Source of the DNA: a virus
Taxonomy: Duplodnaviria > Caudoviricetes
IMG/VR virus record: IMGVR_UViG_3300018416_000063
Location: 1-31,691 of that record
DNA length: 31,691 nt
Direction: 5' to 3' (one strand)
Shown here: in pieces, positions 18,018 through 27,318 of the stretch
Position numbering within the stretch: the first letter of the stretch is position 1
Layout of the letters: each line of letters begins with the position of its first letter
Made by a program: the position numbers and the translations under genes
The notes under the pieces: generated by a model
Database searches by the model: none
Told to the model about the DNA's origin: nothing
Seen by the model: the letters and a program-made list of their open reading frames with translations, nothing else

Positions 18018-21000
18018 CTAGTTCTTTTTAAGAGCGCCTGCTGTTAATGCATCTATAACTTCAATGTCATTAACTGTGGCCGCGTTAACAAAAATTTCGT
18101 TCGGTGCACAACGAACTTCGTATAAATCACCAAATGTTTTAGTTGGGTCTGTTGGTACAATAACTACTGAACTAACAATATCACCTAGTTCTTCGTGCAG
18201 GTATGCTGATAATTCAGAGAAGTAAAATGTATCACCAAAGTCCCATTTATCAATAGTAAAGTATTCGTTCATTGCTTGTACAACACGTGATTTAATTTCG
18301 CCTGTTGACACTACTACTCCGCTTTGTCTAATAACTTTAATTTTACCTTGTAATTCTAAACTTGCTTTTTCACCAAATAATGGTTTAAATGTCACAGAGT
18401 TTAGAATTAGACCATCACTGGCCATTTTATAATCTTCCAATGAGTTATAAGCCAATGTTAATTCATCAATGGTGGGTTGGTTTGGTTTAGTAACTTTACC
18501 AGTTGAGTCTTTAATCCAGCTTAAATATGTTGAATAGTATGTGTTAGTTACAAGGTATAGATCAATAATATTTGTCAGTGCTGGATCAATTCTGCGTGTG
18601 TTTGGTGAATTGTGTATGTATCTAAAGAACATATCCTGTCTACCCACTGACACGCGATAATCCTTAGTTTCGGTAATCGTAAACTCACTGCCTGTAATTG
18701 ATAATTGATAAAATTTCTTATCTGTATAAGCATAGAATACTTGACCTTGCAGATATTCTTTTTTCTTAAGCTCAATACTTTTTAGGTCAGCATACATCAT
18801 ATTGATAGTACCACTAGCAATTGGCACCCATCTTTCTAAGTTGTCAAAGTCTGTTTGTCGCTCAAAGAATACATATTTTGTATTTGGACTCACTGTTGGT
18901 GCTACTATGTCTTTAAAGATATCTGGATTGTCAGCAATCCCGTCTGAATCTTTATCTGAGAAACTTACTAATACTTTAAAGTTATCTACAAATCCGTCTG
19001 TTTCAACTTCTTGTCCAATAATATCTAGTCTAATGTCACTTGTTAAACTTTCGTTTGCGTCTGGCTTAGTATTTGTTTTTAATACTACAACATTGTCATT
19101 GACTGTTTTACCTGTTTTAGGATCATACACTTTTGCATTTGAATCAAAAATAAATCTATTTTCCAATACTGATGCAAAGAAGTAACTTAGGTCACGGTAT
19201 TTGATTGTATAAATCTCACCATCTGTAGTAAATTGTATTAACCATGATGCGTCACGATTTAATCCGTCTTTATTTTTAGCATAGTTAGTGTTGTATTCTG
19301 CGTTTTCATCAATGTTATCTGTTGAAATAATATACCATTCTCCAGCTTCTTCATCGTATCCAATACCAAAGTCTCGATATACTTCAATTTGATCAATCAT
19401 TTGATTTTCAAATGCCACTGTTAAATCTGTAGTGAACTTAGGAATAACTTCAACTGGTACACATCCTGTAGGTAGGTATTCATTAAATGTTACAGGACCA
19501 GATCCATCTGCTAAGTTGCCCTTACCAAAATTAGTACCATCAAGATATAGATCAGTAACTGTTGCCCATATCTCTAATCTCTCATTTGGTTTAGTTGGTA
19601 CTCCTGACTGTAGTCTATTATTAGCATCAAAATATTGATTGGTTGGTGGTACAAACTTAACTAGAGCACCTTCCTCAATATATTTTGTATTATTTGATGT
19701 TAAATTAATTGGTGTTGCTCCACCCGACACATCATCTTTAAAGTAGCCTGTTGTTTGATTAACAATAGCAGTTGATTGATTCCAAGAAATTCCTGATAAA
19801 CTAATACGTTCATATTTGTCATAGTAGAAATGTTTAAATCCTCTAGACTTAAGAATTGGTTCTACTGTATTCTGAATAACATCAGCAATATCATTTGTGT
19901 CTACAAAACTAAATGTTTTTGTAGGATCTGTAAATGATCTGTACAACATGCCATCACTAGCAAAAGACGTAGTTGATGAGTACTTACCTGTTGGGTCTAG
20001 CAAGTCTAACTGTCTGTTAATGCCAACACCTGTTCTAGACAGTGCTTTTGATTTTAAAATACTTGTAAATCTAGTAAATGGGAAGTTGTTATAGTCTTCA
20101 CCGTTGACCATTCTGTTCTGTGTGTAAAATGTCGCTGGCGCTCTTTCTTTAATTTCATTAATAGATTCTCTTGCTTTAGAATTTGAAACAGGGCTTTGTA
20201 ATGATACTGTCAACGTTAATGTTTCTGTTCTACCGTTACGGCTTACATAATTAATAGGTACTTCGACATTTTGAATTTCTTCAGGATTAATAATATATTC
20301 TAACCCGTTTGATGTTCTTACATAACTTCTATAATCCCCTAATGGTATTTTAGAGAATGTACCATCGCCAAATTGTAATTGTATTTGATCATTTGTTCTT
20401 GAGTTAGTTTGGTAAACTTCACGCTCTCCTGTACCACCGGTTTTATCAATAGCAAAAATGTTATCAACCTCTCTCCATTCTGTTAATGTATTTCCTTGTT
20501 GGTTCAGCTCAAATAACCAAACGTCATTGTTGTTGACTCCTTCAACATTAATATTAACTGTTCTGTTGGATATACGATCTACTAGAGTAAAGTCTTGGTT
20601 TGTTAATGTTCCTTGTTTGAACATAAAGAAAAAGCCGGTGTTTTCTGAACCGTATCCTAATTTGTCATTTTTATAAAGTATATTAAATGCTCCACCTGGC
20701 TGTGGACTTTGTTCGTATATATAAGTTTTATCTACTGATGTGCCTGACACAATTTCAAAATCCATCGACACTCCGTCAACGTCACTTTGGAAACTAGCAA
20801 TAGGCATAGTGTTTGGCGTTGTATTAATCTGATATTCGTCTGTGTTAACACCAAGTATTTGTTTTGAATTAGCAGGACGACCAAAACGCTGACTGTCAAT
20901 CATTGCCGCATTCATAATTGCGTTGAACTGTTCTAACCAATCTGGATTAGTTACTGAATTCCAGTTAACTGTAATACCTGATAGATTAAAGTTGTTGTAA

Positions 21001-21392
21001 TCTAAGACTGATTCTGTTGTTTGAACTGCTGTGACTTTTAAGAATCCATGGCTGTTAAGATTTCGTTTAGGTTGATACCCTACAAGTTTAGCAAGTTTAA
21101 CTACAGAGTCTCTACGCTCTGCTGTATCTAAAAAGTTTTCTCTGGTGTTTAAGTCGTTACGGAAAGCAAGACCTTGGCCCATAAATGCCATTAAGTCTAG
21201 CAGTGCAATAAATTCACTTGATTCTGTATAATCGTTAAATGTTTCTGGATAGTACAGACGTAAGTAGTCAACCATTGACTTACGTAGAGTTTCAAAGTCG
21301 TAACTTTGGAAGTCAGCCTCTTTGTAAGTGCGGTATAACTTCTTCCAATCTTCCGCCCCAAAAATAGCGGTTTGTCTTGTAGTCTTAGCCAT
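18018..21392 (-). CDS. gp6: Baseplate wedge subunit, gp6-like
   Basis: 1124 aa. DFETLRKSMVDYL..FNDY..SSEFIALLDL-x-A..ENFLDTAERRDSV-x-KLA-x-x-VGY-x-P, IQLQFGDG-x-F-x-KIP and ES-x-NEIKERAP-x-x-FYTQNRMV-x-x-EDY are gp6/baseplate-J hallmarks. Follows gp25. Confidence 0.9.
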   Translation of the reverse strand: MAKTTRQTAIFGAEDWKKLYRTYKEADFQSYDFETLRKSMVDYLRLYYPETFNDYTESSEFIALLDLMAFMGQGLAFRNDLNTRENFLDTAERRDSVVKLAKLVGYQPKRNLNSHGFLKVTAVQTTESVLDYNNFNLSGITVNWNSVTNPDWLEQFNAIMNAAMIDSQRFGRPANSKQILGVNTDEYQINTTPNTMPIASFQSDVDGVSMDFEIVSGTSVDKTYIYEQSPQPGGAFNILYKNDKLGYGSENTGFFFMFKQGTLTNQDFTLVDRISNRTVNINVEGVNNNDVWLFELNQQGNTLTEWREVDNIFAIDKTGGTGEREVYQTNSRTNDQIQLQFGDGTFSKIPLGDYRSYVRTSNGLEYIINPEEIQNVEVPINYVSRNGRTETLTLTVSLQSPVSNSKARESINEIKERAPATFYTQNRMVNGEDYNNFPFTRFTSILKSKALSRTGVGINRQLDLLDPTGKYSSTTSFASDGMLYRSFTDPTKTFSFVDTNDIADVIQNTVEPILKSRGFKHFYYDKYERISLSGISWNQSTAIVNQTTGYFKDDVSGGATPINLTSNNTKYIEEGALVKFVPPTNQYFDANNRLQSGVPTKPNERLEIWATVTDLYLDGTNFGKGNLADGSGPVTFNEYLPTGCVPVEVIPKFTTDLTVAFENQMIDQIEVYRDFGIGYDEEAGEWYIISTDNIDENAEYNTNYAKNKDGLNRDASWLIQFTTDGEIYTIKYRDLSYFFASVLENRFIFDSNAKVYDPKTGKTVNDNVVVLKTNTKPDANESLTSDIRLDIIGQEVETDGFVDNFKVLVSFSDKDSDGIADNPDIFKDIVAPTVSPNTKYVFFERQTDFDNLERWVPIASGTINMMYADLKSIELKKKEYLQGQVFYAYTDKKFYQLSITGSEFTITETKDYRVSVGRQDMFFRYIHNSPNTRRIDPALTNIIDLYLVTNTYYSTYLSWIKDSTGKVTKPNQPTIDELTLAYNSLEDYKMASDGLILNSVTFKPLFGEKASLELQGKIKVIRQSGVVVSTGEIKSRVVQAMNEYFTIDKWDFGDTFYFSELSAYLHEELGDIVSSVVIVPTDPTKTFGDLYEVRCAPNEIFVNAATVNDIEVIDALTAGALKKN

Positions 21393-21420
21393 AGAATACC
21401 TATAATCCTTTTGTTATAAG

Positions 21421-21428
21421 TATTTATC
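21421..21428 (-). promoter_or_regulatory. Late promoter motif GATAAATA
   Basis: Intergenic, 28 nt upstream of the gp6-like start. Confidence 0.75.
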
Positions 21429-21448
21429 ACTTTAATTAAGTGGGTATA

Positions 21449-21823
21449 TTATACGTAGTTGGCTGTGAGGTTTTCTGTATTGAGGAATAGTTTAAGCATC
21501 TGTGCTTCGCTTGACATTACAGTCTTAACTGAAATTTCACAGAGTAAACCATTGTTTTGTGTATAGAATAATATATTTTCAACTTTAACTCTTGGGTCAC
21601 GCTCTATAGATTTACGCATTTCGTTATCAAGTTGATTTAACGTTGCGTCGTCAATTACTTCATATAGATAGTCCCACAGAGAAGTACCAACATTTGGTCT
21701 TCCTGGTATAGTACCTTGTCTAATTAAAAGATTGTTTAGTAAGTCTCTTTTAACTAATTCAAAGTCTTCCAAGCGAAACTTTTTGTTTCTATCAATTGAA
21801 CTGTATCCGTAGAATCTTGCCAT
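21449..21823 (-). CDS. gp25: Baseplate wedge/sheath initiator, gp25-like
   Basis: 124 aa. D-x-ELVKRDLLN-x-L-x-IRQG..P-x-x-G-x-x-LWDYLYE..I-x-RDPRV. Sits in the usual gp5-gp25-gp6 order. Confidence 0.88.
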   Translation of the reverse strand: MARFYGYSSIDRNKKFRLEDFELVKRDLLNNLLIRQGTIPGRPNVGTSLWDYLYEVIDDATLNQLDNEMRKSIERDPRVKVENILFYTQNNGLLCEISVKTVMSSEAQMLKLFLNTENLTANYV

Positions 21824-21830
21824 AGTGTAT

Positions 21831-21838
21831 TATTTATC
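21831..21838 (-). promoter_or_regulatory. Late promoter motif GATAAATA overlapping the gp5-like stop codon
   Basis: The TAA stop (21834-21836) lies inside the motif, which is 7 nt before the gp25-like ATG. Confidence 0.65.
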
Positions 21839-24077
21839 TTGTATGTTTTGGGGGTATTGCACGTTGGTCACTAATAATTTGACTAACATTATTGTCTAGT
21901 GTTTCTCTGTCTGTAGTACCTGCATAAGCACCCGGATTACTATAACTCTTGTTTAAACTTGTTAATTTTGTATCAACCATATTAACCGAATATTTGCCGT
22001 TACGTGCAGTTTGTTCAATACCGTTATTAATCATAGTATTGCCACCTGTGCCTTTTGCCCAATCAGCAACATTGTCGGCACCATATGCTGAACTTGCATT
22101 TAATATTCCACCTAAGTCTTCTGCAGACTCTGTGCCTGTTACTACACCCTTGGCTTTTAATGAACTTAAATTATTTGATAAAATATCTTGCTGTGCCAGT
22201 GTTTGTGCATTCTTATCATTTAGGAATCCAGTTAAGTTATTAGCACTGCCTTTGCCAGTCCACACATTTGGATTTTTAAGCACTGACTCTAACTGTGTAG
22301 ATTGATTACCAAAGCCGTCTGTAACTGTTGATGCAGGATCTTTAATATATTTGCTGACTGTTCCTGGTTTCAAGTATCCTGATGATTCTAATTGATCTGG
22401 TGAAATACCATACTTGCCAATACCTTTGTCTACAGATACATCAGTAAAGTTTTGACCAACATCGTTAGCACGTTGTGCTATTAAGCCTGTAACTTGATCT
22501 TGATCTAAACTACCGATAGATTTTGTTGCAGGTATCTGTTTAGCAAAGTCACTGGATGTAATTTCGTTAGTAGGTAACTTACCAGCAATATTTGATGCTT
22601 TACTTGCCAATGCAGGACTTAGTGTTGACGTTGCTGTTTTACCTAACTGTACAGAATTTTCAACACCTAGGTTATGGAATGGCCATGGCTCGTGACTTGG
22701 TACTCTAGTAGCAATAGTTTCTAGTTCTCCATACTCTACTTCCCAACCGTTAGCACCTAGTTTTGTGTCACTAACTTTGTTTTTCTTAAGCAACTGATTA
22801 GCTGATACAGGAACCCCACCGCCATTGTTAAGATTAATTGTACCAGCCTTGGCATCTAATCTATCTCCGCCACTAATGCTTGATAGTTTACCTGCGTCTG
22901 TGGCCACAGTGTTATCACTGCGTAATCCAACAAATTGTTTACTGTACATTGTAGCAGACGCAATACCTGTAGCCGCCCAATCTGTTTTGGCTTCCATTCT
23001 AGTTGATAGTTCTGAATATGTTGATATGTGTCCGCCAGCATACATGTTAATGTCTTTGTCTGCGTGTAGGTTAATAGTACCCTGTGTTCTTACGTTAACT
23101 GAGTTTGTAGCAAATACATCAACAGTTCCTTCTTGACCGAACTCTAACCATGTCTGTCCGTTGGCGTGAATAATGTGAAAACAGTTACCGTCATCACTCA
23201 TAATAATCTGATGACCTTTAGCAGTTCTAATTCTTACTAGTTGATCTTTACCTTCAATATCACCATCATCAAGCACAATCGAATGACCGCCATTACGACC
23301 TACAACTTTAACATCCTCAGGTTTGAGTTCACCACTCTGTAGTTTTGATCTAATTTCTGTTTGTTCAACACCTTTAACACCTGAGTATATAGGTTTACCT
23401 GGAGTTGAGAATCCAAACACGTTACTAGGTGATTCACGCTGTGCTGTTGAAGTAATAGGACCACGTATATTGTCTTTTAATAGACCTTGTCCAAACAGTG
23501 TACCTGCTACAACATTGTGTACAGGTTTAGGTTGTTTAAAGAACTGTGGGTTTTCGTTGATTGTAGGATCTTCATTGTTAATTTCTGTTACAGGAACTTG
23601 ACTAGCACCTGACACAAATGATTTACCTTCTGAGCCTACTTCGTATTCTTTTGCTGAACCAATAGCAGGTACCATGTGATTTAAACTGTCTTCAGGAATA
23701 CATCCTACATAGTAACCGTTGTTTGGGTCACCTGCTACAAAGAAACACAATACTTTGGTGCCAATGTCTGGTGGTGTAAACCACATACCGTAACTGTGTT
23801 TATTGCCTACAAAGTTTCCTGATCCTACTGCTGAACCAGAATGTTCTGTTGAGCCAAAGAAAGGTGGAAGATAACTTACAGTTCTCCAGTTTGATTCATC
23901 TTTTTCATCAGGTCCAGCAAACTGTTCAATATAAACTTGTAGTCTAGCCGCACGTGTAGGATCAATGTTATTTTTAACAATGCCTATATAAGGACCCGAT
24001 TCCGCAGGTATCTGATTACCTGCACCAAATTTATAACCCTTAGGGGTTCCTCTTCCTCTTATGTGATTCTCTGCCAT
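21834..24077 (-). CDS. gp5: Baseplate central spike, gp5/VgrG-like, with C-terminal lysozyme-like extension
   Basis: 747 aa. N-terminal OB-fold signature G-x-VKNN-x-DP..RLQVYI..W..GMWF-x-PPDIGT-x-V..FV-x-GD. Spike repeats GHSIVLDD and GHQIIMSD plus a beta-helix-like run. RVPSHEPW is followed by about 280 extra aa. Confidence 0.85.
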   Translation of the reverse strand: MAENHIRGRGTPKGYKFGAGNQIPAESGPYIGIVKNNIDPTRAARLQVYIEQFAGPDEKDESNWRTVSYLPPFFGSTEHSGSAVGSGNFVGNKHSYGMWFTPPDIGTKVLCFFVAGDPNNGYYVGCIPEDSLNHMVPAIGSAKEYEVGSEGKSFVSGASQVPVTEINNEDPTINENPQFFKQPKPVHNVVAGTLFGQGLLKDNIRGPITSTAQRESPSNVFGFSTPGKPIYSGVKGVEQTEIRSKLQSGELKPEDVKVVGRNGGHSIVLDDGDIEGKDQLVRIRTAKGHQIIMSDDGNCFHIIHANGQTWLEFGQEGTVDVFATNSVNVRTQGTINLHADKDINMYAGGHISTYSELSTRMEAKTDWAATGIASATMYSKQFVGLRSDNTVATDAGKLSSISGGDRLDAKAGTINLNNGGGVPVSANQLLKKNKVSDTKLGANGWEVEYGELETIATRVPSHEPWPFHNLGVENSVQLGKTATSTLSPALASKASNIAGKLPTNEITSSDFAKQIPATKSIGSLDQDQVTGLIAQRANDVGQNFTDVSVDKGIGKYGISPDQLESSGYLKPGTVSKYIKDPASTVTDGFGNQSTQLESVLKNPNVWTGKGSANNLTGFLNDKNAQTLAQQDILSNNLSSLKAKGVVTGTESAEDLGGILNASSAYGADNVADWAKGTGGNTMINNGIEQTARNGKYSVNMVDTKLTSLNKSYSNPGAYAGTTDRETLDNNVSQIISDQRAIPPKHTR

Positions 24078-24083
24078 ACTTTA

Positions 24084-27014
24084 TTAATTACCTTGTGTTT
24101 CACCCCTGACTGGTAAAAAGTTAGGTGCTGTTTGGTTATTTGATACTGCTCGTTGGCCTGGTACTGAGTTACCATTGTCATTTACTTGTCCCAGGTTAGG
24201 TCCTATAGGTCCTGCTGTGTCATATTGACCTTGTCCGTTTTGTGCTGTGCTAATTGGTGTGAAGTTAGGTGCTATGTCCGAGTCAGACGTTATTGCCGCA
24301 TCACCCGGAACTTTATTTCCTTTAACACTTACCGGAGTAAAGTCTGGAGCATAATTGTTAGCACCATAGGTAACTGCTTTGTATCCAGGCATGTTCATAC
24401 CGCCTCTAGTAGGTCCTACAAATGGTTGTTCTTCTTGTTCTCTCTGAACAGGTTCTTGAGTTGCTGTTTCAGGAAATTCTCTTAGTATTCCTCGTAGACT
24501 CTGTGTCATTACACCTTTTTTAAAATTACTAGTAACATGTGTAAGTTTGTAAATTAATCCTTTGGCTGTTTTAGTACCGTCAGTGAATAGTGGATCTTTG
24601 AGATCAGCACTGCCATCTTCTTTATAATCTTCCATGGTTCTAAATTTAACTTCGACTAAAACTTCTTGGCTGTCATAATTAATTGAGCCATCTGGCATAA
24701 ACGGTTCAAATGTATCACCACTGGTGTATAGTACATCATTCTGTTGAACATAGTCTGGATCACCAATGATATCCATATTAAACGTAGCAAAGTCTACAGT
24801 TGAATAAATCACATCAGCGGCCTGTTCTGCAGGACTAGCAGTGTCTCCTGGTTGTCCTAGTCCACTGGCTCCAGACTTATTAACGTATGCTTTAGATGTA
24901 ATACGTTGACTGTCTTCTGTTGATTCTTGATCTTCTTGTGGTATTCTACCATCCATAGCAACAAAAAATGTTGTATTTAGATCTTGTTCGTAGTTAAGTA
25001 CTTCTGTGTTTTCTCCAGTAAACCAATAGCTATAACTTTTGTGTACTCCTCTAAATGGGGCTTTAGGAAAAAATGGAGAGTAAGTATCTGCTATCTGTTT
25101 AGGTGATATAATATATTCTATTTCGTAGGCATAGTCACCACGCTTGTCGTCCCAGGCAATAGGAAGAACTCTAACACCAATGTGATACCATTGTAAGAAC
25201 TTATTCTGTGACGGATTAGGTTTTACTTTTTTTGTTTTTGGATCAATGATATGTGTTTGCTGTTTTGAAATATATTCGCTAGACCTAATCATGATGTCAA
25301 GAAACTGATGTATCTGTTGACCTGCTGGCACAGCATAAATCTGTCTTGACTTATCATAACTTGTACTATTTAAAATACTATTGGCCGCGGCCTGTGCCGA
25401 CGCAGACATAGGTTTAGATTTTTTAACTGTTAACAGTGCTTCACTGGAAATAATTTTTTGTTTTCCTATGTCACCTTTAAATGTAACTTTATATTTGTCA
25501 GCATATTTGTAGCCTTGTTCTCTAGCCAACTTTTTCTGCTGTTCATTTAGCTCTTCTACAATACCTTTGTTTTGCTGAGTTGTACCAGCTTGGCTTTTAA
25601 GTATACCAGGAGTAACTGTTGTTTCAGTTGTACCCCATGGTGATGTTGCTGTAGTTTGACTAGTAGACGTTGCTGGCAGTTGTTCAACATTACTAGTAGC
25701 ATTAAATAGATCACCTAGAGTTTGTCCTAGTAGCTCAACATTAAAAGGAATAGTAGCACGTTTTGAACTCAGTGCTACTTCGTGATTAATTGCCACAGCT
25801 TGGCATTCATAAGTGATAGCACCTGTAGCAACTCTTGTTCTAATATTTGAAAACACAAATGGAATAAATTTACTTAATCTATCATCATCTGCTTCGCTCA
25901 ATTGTTTACCGTTTTCATCAAACCCTTTATATCTAATGACCAAGAGATAATGTTGTTTTGAAAACTCTTTCATTCCTGCTGACGCACATAGTTCTTTTAG
26001 TTTTTTAAAAAACGTGTAGCCCATTGGCTCGATGATGTTAAAGTTCATTCTTGTAACATTATGTGGACTAGAATTTGCTTCAGCAAATAGTCCTTGTACT
26101 TCTAGATCATCTATATACAGGTCCGGAAATATAACATCTTCATTAGCAGAATTACCACCACTCTGTAATATCTTTTTGAGACCTTGTGTTGTTTTATTTT
26201 GTGTGACTAATAATTGTTTATACTGTTCTGGTGTCTGTAGATATAATTCAATATTATAAGTTAACTGTGCGTACTTGTTTGTTGGATTTTCTGAAGCATT
26301 AAAATTCTCGTAGAATGCTGATGCTGTTTTTATTCCACCGTTAGCTGATGTTATAAAAGTGTTATCTTGTATATCTTGTGCGTCATCTGCAGATACAGGT
26401 TGGCCAATTAATATGTCCGGAGTTACAGGCGCATCAGCAAATGTTCCGTATGGTGATGTTGGAATACGATCTGCGTTTGACTGAACAACAGGCTCTCCTG
26501 CTGAGTTTGTTAAATGACTTGGATAAGGTGTTTGTGTTCCTGCCCCATCAGCACGTGCCTGTGCATCATTGTCTACTATTGCACCCGATGATGTGGCGCC
26601 TTGTGTTTCGCCTCTAACAGGTGTAAAGTCAGGTGCTGTGTTTTCATCTGTTCCTGTAACAGCAGTGGTTCCACCTACTCCGTCTTGTTCAACTACTGGA
26701 GTAAAGTCTGGACCTATCTGTTGATTAATCTGATTAACTGTTTGAAAACTTTGTTGTCGTCTTTGTTGTATTAATTCGTTATTAGTTGTTATTTGCCCGT
26801 CATATTCGCTAGGGTTTTGGCTTTTGTAAACAGTGGCTTCGTATCTAGCATTGGCACCTTCTTGACTAGCAATACGCACATCATTTTTTGCATCATATAA
26901 TTGTTGCTTACTTGAATTTGAATTACTTAAACGAGTCTGTGCATCAGCATTGGCACGATCCATGCCCTGTATTGCTCCTGACTGCCTCTGTAATACTTCA
27001 GTTATTGTAGGCAT
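24084..27014 (-). CDS. Baseplate hub protein (gp27/GPD-like) with low-complexity N- and C-terminal arms
   Basis: 976 aa. N-x-x-NKYAQLTYNIELY, YIDDL, FNIIEPMG-x-TF, YSYWFTG-x-NTEVL, MDIIGDP-x-Y and GLIYK..V-x-S-x-F-x-x-G-x-x-TQ-x-L. Lies between gp53-like and gp5-like genes. Confidence 0.7.
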   Translation of the reverse strand: MPTITEVLQRQSGAIQGMDRANADAQTRLSNSNSSKQQLYDAKNDVRIASQEGANARYEATVYKSQNPSEYDGQITTNNELIQQRRQQSFQTVNQINQQIGPDFTPVVEQDGVGGTTAVTGTDENTAPDFTPVRGETQGATSSGAIVDNDAQARADGAGTQTPYPSHLTNSAGEPVVQSNADRIPTSPYGTFADAPVTPDILIGQPVSADDAQDIQDNTFITSANGGIKTASAFYENFNASENPTNKYAQLTYNIELYLQTPEQYKQLLVTQNKTTQGLKKILQSGGNSANEDVIFPDLYIDDLEVQGLFAEANSSPHNVTRMNFNIIEPMGYTFFKKLKELCASAGMKEFSKQHYLLVIRYKGFDENGKQLSEADDDRLSKFIPFVFSNIRTRVATGAITYECQAVAINHEVALSSKRATIPFNVELLGQTLGDLFNATSNVEQLPATSTSQTTATSPWGTTETTVTPGILKSQAGTTQQNKGIVEELNEQQKKLAREQGYKYADKYKVTFKGDIGKQKIISSEALLTVKKSKPMSASAQAAANSILNSTSYDKSRQIYAVPAGQQIHQFLDIMIRSSEYISKQQTHIIDPKTKKVKPNPSQNKFLQWYHIGVRVLPIAWDDKRGDYAYEIEYIISPKQIADTYSPFFPKAPFRGVHKSYSYWFTGENTEVLNYEQDLNTTFFVAMDGRIPQEDQESTEDSQRITSKAYVNKSGASGLGQPGDTASPAEQAADVIYSTVDFATFNMDIIGDPDYVQQNDVLYTSGDTFEPFMPDGSINYDSQEVLVEVKFRTMEDYKEDGSADLKDPLFTDGTKTAKGLIYKLTHVTSNFKKGVMTQSLRGILREFPETATQEPVQREQEEQPFVGPTRGGMNMPGYKAVTYGANNYAPDFTPVSVKGNKVPGDAAITSDSDIAPNFTPISTAQNGQGQYDTAGPIGPNLGQVNDNGNSVPGQRAVSNNQTAPNFLPVRGETQGN

Positions 27015-27015
27015 A

Positions 27016-27318
27016 CTAGATTCCTAGTGCTTGTTTAAGTGTTGATTGTTTAGGTAAGTAAATTTTTAATCCGACTTTAAAATCCCAGATTGGATCTTTA
27101 ATTGAGTTTGGATTACGCTGTGCAAATACCCACCATAGACCAGGATCACCATACAAGTCATTGGCTAATAAATCTGGTCGATGTTGATATGTTTGATTAA
27201 TTTCAATAACCTGATCATCTACCTGTTTAGGTATAGGTCTATCTTTCATTATATCTAGATAGCCTGCAGTTTTTGCTGTTTCAAAATAAGGTGATGTCTG
27301 TGTGTATTTTGTAGCCAT
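27016..27318 (-). CDS. gp53: Baseplate wedge protein, gp53/LysM-like
   Basis: YQHRPDLLANDLYGDPGLWWVFAQRN..DP-x-x-DF-x-x-G-x-x-IYLP. Start is more likely the ATG at 27318, overlapping the upstream stop (TAATG coupling), giving 100 aa. Confidence 0.85.
   Translation of the reverse strand: MATKYTQTSPYFETAKTAGYLDIMKDRPIPKQVDDQVIEINQTYQHRPDLLANDLYGDPGLWWVFAQRNPNSIKDPIWDFKVGLKIYLPKQSTLKQALGI

Noticed and set aside
25134-25142. RGD tripeptide in the hub protein, given the integrin-like propeller nearby
   Set aside because: A single tripeptide is expected by chance in this much protein.
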